A stretch of 11,631 nt of DNA from Pseudobdellovibrionaceae bacterium (GTDB lineage: Bacteria > Bdellovibrionota > Bdellovibrionia > Bdellovibrionales > Bdellovibrionaceae): assembly GCA_041288045.1 (NCBI GenBank), contig JBGGMM010000043.1:1-11631 (forward strand). The letters run 5' to 3'. The notes under the pieces were generated by a model that ran no database searches, was not told where the DNA came from, and worked only from the letters and a program-made list of their open reading frames with translations. This document shows, in pieces, positions 1-6,283 of the stretch (position 1 is the first letter of the stretch; every line of letters starts with the position of its first letter). A program made the position numbers and the translations under genes.

Positions 1-58
1 GTCGGCTCTTGCGCTCGCTGCTGCTCAGGGGCTGAGAGGCAGCCCTCGGCCGGCACAC

Positions 59-73
59 AAGTCCTTATGGACT
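59..73. repeat. Small hairpin AGTCC-TTAT-GGACT just downstream of the HUH transposase stop (REP/IS-end-like)
   Basis: Perfect 5-bp stem at 60-64/69-73 with a TTAT loop. Bases 59-70 are the reverse complement of 521-532 at 11 of 12 positions. Confidence 0.4.
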
Positions 74-79
74 GGCCTC

Positions 80-490
80 TTAGGTTCGCCTCGACTGCTT
101 CGATTGAGGCTTCTTTTTTGATCTGTTAATCAAACCCCTAGCTTCCATTTGATTGAGGACCAAGTAATTCAGCACAGATTTAAAATCCCTGCCCCATGAA
201 ATGATGCGAGTAAAGGGGCGAAGGGTAAAAAGAGTTTTTAAGTAGGGTTTTTGAGCCCTCACTTTTGCAGCCAGAATCGAGCAAAGAGATCTGATGAATT
301 GGTTGTAGTTTTCCCGCTCTTTGATTTTGATGATCATATGAATGTGACTCCAATTAACAGCGAGCCCATAAATTTTCACATTAAATCTCTGAGCCTGACT
401 GTGAATGAGCTTTTCATGTGAGAGTAGGTTTTTTCTTTCATAGTGAAAGAGTTCTAACATGAGTTTTTTCAGAGCTTTTTCAAAGAGCAA
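80..490 (-). mobile_element. HUH/Y1 tyrosine transposase (REP-associated RAYT / IS200-like TnpA), short and possibly N-terminally truncated; start uncertain (TTG 490 or ATG 460)
   Basis: HUH motif in 'VKIYGLAVNWSHIHMII', then 'RPFTRIISWGRDF' and the catalytic Tyr in 'VLNYLVLNQMEA' (YxxxN, RAYT-like rather than the IS200 YxxxQ). Basic C-terminal tail. No tnpB seen in the window. Confidence 0.8.
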
Positions 491-516
491 GAGAGCGTCT
501 TGAAAACAAAACCGTA

Positions 517-532
517 AAAGCCATAAGGCCTT
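517..532. repeat. Small hairpin upstream of the HUH transposase (minus strand AAGGCC-TTAT-GGCTTT), inverted partner of 59-73
   Basis: 6-bp stem with one G-T pair, and the same CC-TTAT-GG core as the 59-73 hairpin. Confidence 0.4.
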
Positions 533-661
533 CGCCCCAAAGCGATCCCGAAGAAAATTTCAGAAAATCTAAAAACACAAAAATCTGCTCTCAAATCCAA
601 GATTAGAAAGTCAAAAACCACGTCAAATAATTTTTCGAATTTTTTTGTTTCTTTCACTGAC

Positions 662-691
662 TTCCGAAGAGCTCAAAGCTCCCGCCCGGAA
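662..691 (-). terminator. Stem-loop immediately after the phnD-like stop codon (no U-tail; terminator or 3' stabilising hairpin)
   Basis: Minus strand reads TTCCGG-gcg-GGAGCT-TTG-AGCTCT-TCGGAA, a 12-bp stem with a bulge and two G-U pairs, starting right after the TAG. Confidence 0.4.
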
Positions 692-1594
692 CTATTTCTG
701 CCCCAAGCTTCGGGCCATTTCCTTGATAATTTTTCTCGATTCGGAGTATTCGGATTCTTTGACTCGACGGAGGTTGGAGCCGTTGCTGAGGGCTTTGAGA
801 GTGACTTTGCCTTCGGGGGTTTGAATCCATTTTTCGATGGCTTTGATGAGCTTTTCTTTGAGAGCTTCATCAAGGTCCGAGCGAAAGACCACGGCATCAT
901 TCATCAAGCTGGGAGTGTAAGCGAGAACTTTGATCTTTTCTTCGACATCTGGGTACTGAGTGCGCACCAGGCTTCGGGCATCGCGGATTTCACCATCTTC
1001 AGGAATCGAATAAAAAGTAGCACCCACATCCACCTGTTTTTGGTAAACCATGCTCACCACGCTGTCGTGTTTTCCAGCGAAAACTTCCTGAGCTGGCTTG
1101 ATCGCTTTTTGTTTGAGCATAAAAGCTGGCAAAATATAGCCTGATGCCGAGGTCGGATCGACGTAAGCGATTTTTTTTCCTTTGATGTCTTCAAGCTTTT
1201 TGATCTTCGAGTCCGCTCGGACAATGAACTGCCCTTTGTAGTGATTGCTACCGTCGCGGTTCAAAGTGATGAATTCAGCCTCGACTTGATATTTTTCCTG
1301 AGCGAGAAAATAGCTGGTGGTGTTCAGATAAGCGATGTCCACCCGCTTGCTGCCAAAGGCTTCAACCACAGCAATGTAACTGGTTGGCACTGTCACTTGA
1401 AAATGCAGACCGGTCTCTTTTTCCATCCATTTCGAGAATTCCTCACCATGAAGCATGAGGGTTCGAGTGTCCTTGGCAGGCACCATGGAGAAAAGAATGG
1501 GATTTTCACGACTCCCTTTTTCACCTCTCACCGTGCAGGCAAGAATGGCAAAAAAACAAAGAAAGATCAGAAGTAATTTAAAACTCAGCTTCAA
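692..1594 (-). CDS. phnD: Phosphate/phosphite/phosphonate ABC transporter substrate-binding lipoprotein (PhnD family)
   Basis: Family motifs 'VPTSYIAVVEA...VDIAYL', 'YKGQFIVR', 'IAYVDPTSASGYILP', 'FAGKHDSVV' and 'NDAVVFRSDL'. The likely start is the in-frame TTG at 1594 (GGAG 7 nt upstream), giving the signal peptide MKLSFKLLLIFLCFFAILA-C with a lipobox. The ORF track starts at 1642. Confidence 0.88.
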   Translation of the reverse strand: MKLSFKLLLIFLCFFAILACTVRGEKGSRENPILFSMVPAKDTRTLMLHGEEFSKWMEKETGLHFQVTVPTSYIAVVEAFGSKRVDIAYLNTTSYFLAQEKYQVEAEFITLNRDGSNHYKGQFIVRADSKIKKLEDIKGKKIAYVDPTSASGYILPAFMLKQKAIKPAQEVFAGKHDSVVSMVYQKQVDVGATFYSIPEDGEIRDARSLVRTQYPDVEEKIKVLAYTPSLMNDAVVFRSDLDEALKEKLIKAIEKWIQTPEGKVTLKALSNGSNLRRVKESEYSESRKIIKEMARSLGQK

Positions 1595-1761
1595 CAGGGA
1601 TCTCCGCTGTTCTTTTCTCTCACTATTCGCCGGAAAAAACATCTATGTTGCAATGAGCCACGCGCCGCAAAAGCGTCTCAAACTGAAATTTAAAGACTCA
1701 GTGAAGTTCGGCCTTTTTGAAGAAATAAACGACAGAAGGCGAGTTTGTCTCAGTTTGCAAC

Positions 1762-1788
1762 TCAACTTTTGGCTGGGTTGACCGATAA
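1762..1788 (+). promoter_or_regulatory. Sigma28 (FliA)-type promoter
   Basis: TCAA(1762-1765)-N15-ACCGATAA(1781-1788) against the consensus TAAA-N15-GCCGATAA, about 60 nt upstream of the STAS ATG. Confidence 0.65.
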
Positions 1789-1846
1789 AGAAGGGTCAGA
1801 AAAATGCCAGCGACTCAATGTGGAACGTTTGTCGAAGAGGTGGGCA

Positions 1847-2230
1847 ATGCTCGATGGAAAAAAAGATCCGTTTGGATATCAATTGGTCGGGAACGATTCC
1901 GTTCTGATCATCAATTTTTCTGGAAGCCTCCATTCAGGCTCTCTCTCCACATTGGATGAAATCACAGAAGCTCTGAATAGCAAAAGCTCGCTTCAAGCTG
2001 TGATTTTGAATTTCACTCAGGTAGAGACCCTGGCCTTTGAGGCCATTCCCCGATTTGCGCAATTCCTCAAGGTGATTCGCGGCAAACCCGCAGAGCTTCG
2101 CATTTGTTCTCTGAAATTGCCGCTCAAAGAAAGACTGGGTCGCTCGGGCATTCTCAGGTCCAGTGAAATCACCGAGACAACAAAAGACGCCATTTACTCT
2201 CTGGCTGGCAATAAACAAAAGGTGGCCTAA
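1847..2230 (+). CDS. STAS-domain protein (anti-sigma-factor antagonist-like), 127 aa
   Basis: STAS pattern 'VLIINFSGSL...VILNFTQVETL...F.QFLKVIR...ELRICSL...LKERL..SG'. ATG at 1847 is preceded by GAGGTG; the upstream TTG at 1745 is unlikely. Confidence 0.8.
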   Translation: MLDGKKDPFGYQLVGNDSVLIINFSGSLHSGSLSTLDEITEALNSKSSLQAVILNFTQVETLAFEAIPRFAQFLKVIRGKPAELRICSLKLPLKERLGRSGILRSSEITETTKDAIYSLAGNKQKVA

Positions 2231-2347
2231 ATGAAATTTCGAATTCACTTCAACGATTTGATCCTGTTTGCCGTTCTTTTTCTCGTGGTCGCCATTGGTT
2301 TGGGATTGGATCTCTATTTTGGGGATTACACTCGGCTCTTTCTGTAA
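2231..2347 (+). CDS. Small single-pass membrane protein, 38 aa (MKFRIHFNDLILFAVLFLVVAIGLGLDLYFGDYTRLFL); absent from the ORF track
   Basis: The ATG directly abuts the STAS stop (TAA-ATG), with SD-like AAGGTGG upstream and one hydrophobic stretch of about 17 aa. Confidence 0.65.
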   Translation: MKFRIHFNDLILFAVLFLVVAIGLGLDLYFGDYTRLFL

Positions 2348-2449
2348 AATCAGGCTCTAAATTAGGCCCACCTTGTGCCACGGCTTTCATGAATTTTTTC
2401 TATTTCTCTTCTCTCTCCGAACAGCGCATTTGAAGCATTCCGGCAATCC

Positions 2450-2492
2450 TGACGGAATTCTGTCAAACCCCGGCATTCGACTCTGCTATAAG
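2450..2492 (+). promoter_or_regulatory. Extended -10 promoter (TGcTATAAG) with the upstream palindrome TGACGGAATTCTGTCA
   Basis: Palindrome at 2450-2465 (7 of 8 pairs), TG at 2484-2485 and TATAAG at 2487-2492. SD AAGGAG precedes ATG 2527. Confidence 0.45.
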
Positions 2493-2526
2493 GCTGATCA
2501 AACCTTTCCCCTTCAAGGAGAATTCA

Positions 2527-2988
2527 ATGAAGACAATGATCTGCCTCTTTGCGCTTTTTTTGAGCCTGGTTGCTTTTGCTGAACAAGATCCAGCCTGCTA
2601 CACAGTGACCCTGAAGCAAGACCAACACCTGACCTCAGCAGTTCCTATCGAGATCTGCCTTGAGAGTGTCAGCCTTCAAATGGGCGAAACTGGAATGCAG
2701 GTGGAAAGCGCTTTGAACCCAGAGCTTTTCAAGGACATGAAGCGGACCCGGTATGCACATGGCCCTGATGAAAGCCATGCTTTCACTGGCACTGCCATCC
2801 TCTTTCAAACAACCGATGCCACTTGCACAGCAGTTGAAGACGTCAAACTCAAAATGAGTGGGTATGAAAACGCAGAACGCGTTGTTCAGATCAGCCAACT
2901 GGATTTCACAGTTGTTCGTGAATACACTGACAATAGCTGCACAGGACCTGTGCGAACTGAGACTTACGTTTATAAGCTTCGCGATTGA
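2527..2988 (+). CDS. Secreted hypothetical protein, 153 aa, four Cys in the mature part
   Basis: Strong SD (AAGGAG), Sec signal MKTMICLFALFLSLVAFA, beta-rich sequence, followed by a terminator. Confidence 0.85.
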   Translation: MKTMICLFALFLSLVAFAEQDPACYTVTLKQDQHLTSAVPIEICLESVSLQMGETGMQVESALNPELFKDMKRTRYAHGPDESHAFTGTAILFQTTDATCTAVEDVKLKMSGYENAERVVQISQLDFTVVREYTDNSCTGPVRTETYVYKLRD

Positions 2989-3000
2989 TCCCTTAAATTC

Positions 3001-3035
3001 AAAGCCCCTCTTGAACGAACCCGAGGGGTTTTATT
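3001..3035. terminator. Intrinsic, probably bidirectional terminator between convergent genes
   Basis: AAAGCCCCTC-N12-GAGGGGTTTT followed by TATT, between the stops at 2988 and 3058. Confidence 0.75.
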
Positions 3036-3057
3036 CCTACAGCCAAAGTCTCCGCTG

Positions 3058-3912
3058 CTAGCGACATTTGGCATCTAATCTCATTCTTCCAGCTACTAAA
3101 TGGGCCGAGCACACATTGGATTGATCTGAAACGCGAATCCAGTGAACCCAGGCTTCGCTGGCATCTTCCGAAATCTCCAACTGCGCCCAGTGTTGGGTTC
3201 TGTCATCTAAAAAACGAGTTTCAACTGCGAATCCGTCTTCGATATATGAAACAGGTTGAGCACTTCTTACTTCTCGCCCTGCACCAGCTAAAATTGCTGG
3301 CACCGAACCAAAATCCACCAAAGTGCTAATATGGTCATGACCGATAATAAGGGCTGTGATTTTTCCCGCATGGACTTTTAAAAATTCGCGCATCCGCAAT
3401 TGAAAATCTTTTTTCTCAGTCCATTTGTGTTTCTCGGACACTGTGAAAGTTGGATGATGGTAGACAATGAAAATCAATTTTTCTGTGGCCTTTGAAAATT
3501 CTTGTTCCAGCCAAGCAAATTGCTGCTCTTCATTGTTGGTGTTATCCGAATTCAAAACAAAAAATCTCGCGCCATTTTTCACGACTGAAAAATACTCGCC
3601 AGGCATATTGAAATAGAGCATCTCGGTTGGATAACCCTTGTTGTGATTTCCAAGTGCCACCACATCAAAGCTAAATCCCGTTTTTTTCCAGATGTCCCAA
3701 GTCACAGAATAAGATCCAAAATAGAGATTATCTCCCGGCATGATCACAGAACGCGTATTTGCAAGTTCCAAAGATCTCCGAAGGTGATCTAAGGGAGGTC
3801 CCCATAAACCGGCATCCCCCATAATCGCCATTCGTGAACTGGCTTGAACAAAAAGTCCAAACCCAGTGATAAAAAGAACACTCAAAAAAGAACGCAGGGA
3901 TATGTGAAACAT
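3058..3912 (-). CDS. Secreted calcineurin-like metallophosphoesterase (purple-acid-phosphatase-like)
   Basis: Motifs GDAG, PGDNLY, LGNHN, YHHP and GHDH in the correct order. N-terminal signal peptide ending VQA. SD AGGAGG. Confidence 0.9.
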   Translation of the reverse strand: MFHISLRSFLSVLFITGFGLFVQASSRMAIMGDAGLWGPPLDHLRRSLELANTRSVIMPGDNLYFGSYSVTWDIWKKTGFSFDVVALGNHNKGYPTEMLYFNMPGEYFSVVKNGARFFVLNSDNTNNEEQQFAWLEQEFSKATEKLIFIVYHHPTFTVSEKHKWTEKKDFQLRMREFLKVHAGKITALIIGHDHISTLVDFGSVPAILAGAGREVRSAQPVSYIEDGFAVETRFLDDRTQHWAQLEISEDASEAWVHWIRVSDQSNVCSAHLVAGRMRLDAKCR

Positions 3913-4030
3913 GATTCCTCCTTGAACCCGTTATCGATGAGTCTATCGCAACTTATTTTTTTTGAAATGTAAAATGAGGAAACTCACAGCAATTGTCAGG
4001 CTTTGGCAAAAACCTTTTTCTGAGGAGAGA

Positions 4031-4249
4031 TCATCCCCGCGGTTTAAAATCCTCTTCTTTGAACGAGGTTTTGAGTGCTTGATTTACTGCGTCGAGGAAG
4101 CCCTTTTTCAAAGGGGGTTCCACCTTCAGCCAGTCAATGCATCCGGCAATCATAGGAACAGATCCAAAACTATCGATCGGGCAATAATAAAGCTCTCCCT
4201 GAATCACGGTCACGGCACATTGAAATTCACTCAGTTTTTTGATCGACAA
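4031..4249 (-). CDS. Small hypothetical protein, 72 aa
   Basis: TTG start with purine-rich GGGAGAAGG upstream, 21 nt after the preceding stop. Globular-looking composition. Confidence 0.65.
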   Translation of the reverse strand: MSIKKLSEFQCAVTVIQGELYYCPIDSFGSVPMIAGCIDWLKVEPPLKKGFLDAVNQALKTSFKEEDFKPRG

Positions 4250-4270
4250 ATTGCACCTTCTCCCGGTTCA

Positions 4271-4516
4271 TCACCGCTGAATCTGAATCTCCTGCAAAGT
4301 TTCCCATCCTGACCAATCGATCGTGACACCATCTGAGCTTACCTTTCCCTGTCGAACCACCACTCGCTCCCCATAGGTGATTGCCGTTTCCCAAAAGACA
4401 TTTTCAGAGTCGATGTAGCGATGGACGTCGTGGGTGGCGTCGATCAGTGACTGATCTAATATCGCAATCAAAGTTTTGTCCTTCGTGAACTCTTTGAGCC
4501 AAACTTCGTAAAGCAT
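4271..4516 (-). CDS. Small hypothetical protein, 81 aa (MLYEVWLKEF...)
   Basis: ATG at 4516 preceded by GGGGGAAG, with an AT-rich promoter-like region upstream. Confidence 0.7.
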   Translation of the reverse strand: MLYEVWLKEFTKDKTLIAILDQSLIDATHDVHRYIDSENVFWETAITYGERVVVRQGKVSSDGVTIDWSGWETLQEIQIQR

Positions 4517-4624
4517 CTTCCCCCACACTGAAAGATAAACTAAAATTTATTTATAACTCTCACGATGTGAAGTTCTCTTCAAAAAATATTAACAGACTCT
4601 TTACAAAACGCTAGATAGAGATTT

Positions 4625-5302
4625 CTACTGGGGTTGGCGCGATTCAGTTTGGGACAAATCCTCAACTCGTCCTAAATTGGGATCCGCCAAAAGAGCAATT
4701 CGAGTCAAATCAGCCGTTGTCTCGGCTTTTAATTTTTTCATGATCCGGGCACGATGATTATCAACTGTGCTCACGCTCAAGCCCAAGCGATCAGCCACCA
4801 TCTTGCTTGGCTTTCCGGCCACCACCAGTGCCAAGATCTGCTTCTCTCGCGCCGTGAGCTCTTGCACACGATGCAGATAGGAAACTCGCCAGACTTTCTC
4901 AGCACGAAGCGCTTGATCTTTTTCCAGGGCCATCTTCACCCGCTCCAAAAGAAGCGTGGGCGAATAGGGTTTTTCCAAAAAATCAAAGGAGCCCCCTTTC
5001 AAAGCCCGGACGGCTGACGACACATCGGCATGAGCCGAAATGATAATAATCGGAATGGGATCAGCAATTGAAAAAAGATGCTCCTGCACTTCGAGGCCGC
5101 TCATGCCGGGCATTCGAATATCCAAAATCAGACAGCCAGGGCGCTCGGGATTATAGGTTCGTAGAAAGGAAGGTCCATCTTTGAAAGTTTCAACCAAAAA
5201 GCCTTCCGATTTGAAAAGAAAGGTCAGGGATTTTCTCATTCCTGGGTCATCGTCAATCACAAAAACTGTAGGAGCTGGTTTCATGTCGTTTTTGTCTCTC
5301 AT
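4625..5302 (-). CDS. FixJ/TtrR-family response regulator (REC + LuxR-type HTH)
   Basis: REC motifs 'FVIDDD', 'ILDIRMP', 'ISAHAD', 'FLEKP', and HTH 'LTAREKQIL...SKMVADRLGLSVSTVDNHRARIMKKL'. Start is ATG 5302 (2 nt after the kinase stop) or 5284. Confidence 0.93.
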   Translation of the reverse strand: MRDKNDMKPAPTVFVIDDDPGMRKSLTFLFKSEGFLVETFKDGPSFLRTYNPERPGCLILDIRMPGMSGLEVQEHLFSIADPIPIIIISAHADVSSAVRALKGGSFDFLEKPYSPTLLLERVKMALEKDQALRAEKVWRVSYLHRVQELTAREKQILALVVAGKPSKMVADRLGLSVSTVDNHRARIMKKLKAETTADLTRIALLADPNLGRVEDLSQTESRQPQ

Positions 5303-5304
5303 TT

Positions 5305-6282
5305 CTAGGCCAATGGTAAGGTCATATGAAATGTGGTGCCAATTCCTAATTGTGATTCCATCCAAAGACGACCGGAATGAGCTTCAACGATGGATTTACT
5401 GATGGCCAGTCCAAGCCCCATGCCATTGGCCTTGGTCGTGAACAGAGCTTCAAAAATTTGATCTCGATGTTCCTCTGATATCCCACACCCCTCGTCAGTG
5501 ACGCTGACCCTTGCAAATCCCGGCATTTCATAAGCTGTTTCAATGATCAACTTGAAAGACTGTCCCTTTGCCATGCTCTCGATCGCATTTCGTAAAAGAT
5601 TGAGAATCACTTGACCGATTTGCACACGGTCGGCAAACACCACGGCGTGAGAGGCCTCCAATTTCAGCTCCAAGGAAAGCCCATTCGATTTTAATTCTCC
5701 AGTGATCAAAGCGATGATTTCATAAATGATCTCATTGATTTTTTCATTGGTCTGTTGGGGCCTTCGGTTTTTGATGAAACTTCGTAAATTTTGAATGAAA
5801 TTAGCAGCTCGAGATGTCTCTTTTGAAATTTCAGCAATGGACTCAAAAAAAAGTGGCTCTTGAAGATCTGATTTTTCAGCCAATCGATGCAAAGCCTGCA
5901 CATAATTGCCAATTGCCGAAATCGGCTGACTGAGCTCATGGGCAAGGCCAGAGGCCATTTCACCGATGGTGTTGACTCTCCAGATATGTGCAAGGTCCAT
6001 CTCGAGCCGGCGAATACTTTCATGTCTTTTTTCTTTTTCTTTGAGTTCCGTCCGCAGTTGCCGACTGACTCCACGATGCATTTGTTTTCGTCCCACCCAT
6101 GTAAAGAAAAATCCGCTCAAAATTCCGCTGAAAACAAAACCACTGCCGAGGGAGATTCCCGCAGGAAGCCAACTTGTGCCGACCTTCGAAAGGAAGGGAG
6201 CCAAAAAAAGACCAAGAGCTCCTAAAAGAAAAAATGAAATCAGGACCACTCGATTTTTTCGCAAAAAATTTTTTATATTCAT
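5305..6282 (-). CDS. Membrane-anchored histidine kinase (FixL/TtrS/NodV-type transmitter), 2 TM, no PAS or extracellular domain
   Basis: H-box 'GEMASGLAHELSQP', N-box 'QVILNLLRNAIES', G1 'DEGCG', 'FTTKANGMGLGLAISKSIVEAHSG'. Two hydrophobic N-terminal segments. Confidence 0.92.
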   Translation of the reverse strand: MNIKNFLRKNRVVLISFFLLGALGLFLAPFLSKVGTSWLPAGISLGSGFVFSGILSGFFFTWVGRKQMHRGVSRQLRTELKEKEKRHESIRRLEMDLAHIWRVNTIGEMASGLAHELSQPISAIGNYVQALHRLAEKSDLQEPLFFESIAEISKETSRAANFIQNLRSFIKNRRPQQTNEKINEIIYEIIALITGELKSNGLSLELKLEASHAVVFADRVQIGQVILNLLRNAIESMAKGQSFKLIIETAYEMPGFARVSVTDEGCGISEEHRDQIFEALFTTKANGMGLGLAISKSIVEAHSGRLWMESQLGIGTTFHMTLPLA

Positions 6283-6283
6283 G

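Noticed and set aside
469..657. 62-aa minus-strand ORF as a frameshifted N-terminus of the transposase
   Set aside because: Phe/Lys-rich translation of a T-tract region with no Y1 transposase motif I can recognise.
673..1781. ORFs 673-900, 821-1144, 1241-1576 and 1455-1781
   Set aside because: Alternate-frame or antisense shadows of the phnD-like gene, with no motifs.
3931..3957. Sigma28 promoter (ATCGATAA) for the phosphoesterase
   Set aside because: The -35-like TAAG is 13 nt from the -10 rather than 15, so support is too weak.
3930..3990. GATGAG...GAAAC with a TGAG-GAAA-CTCA tetraloop as a hammerhead ribozyme
   Set aside because: The CUGANGA core and stem II are missing. The 4-bp hairpin is at most a weak minus-strand terminator.
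3962..4312. 116-aa plus-strand ORF
   Set aside because: Antisense to two better-supported small genes that have SD-like sequences.
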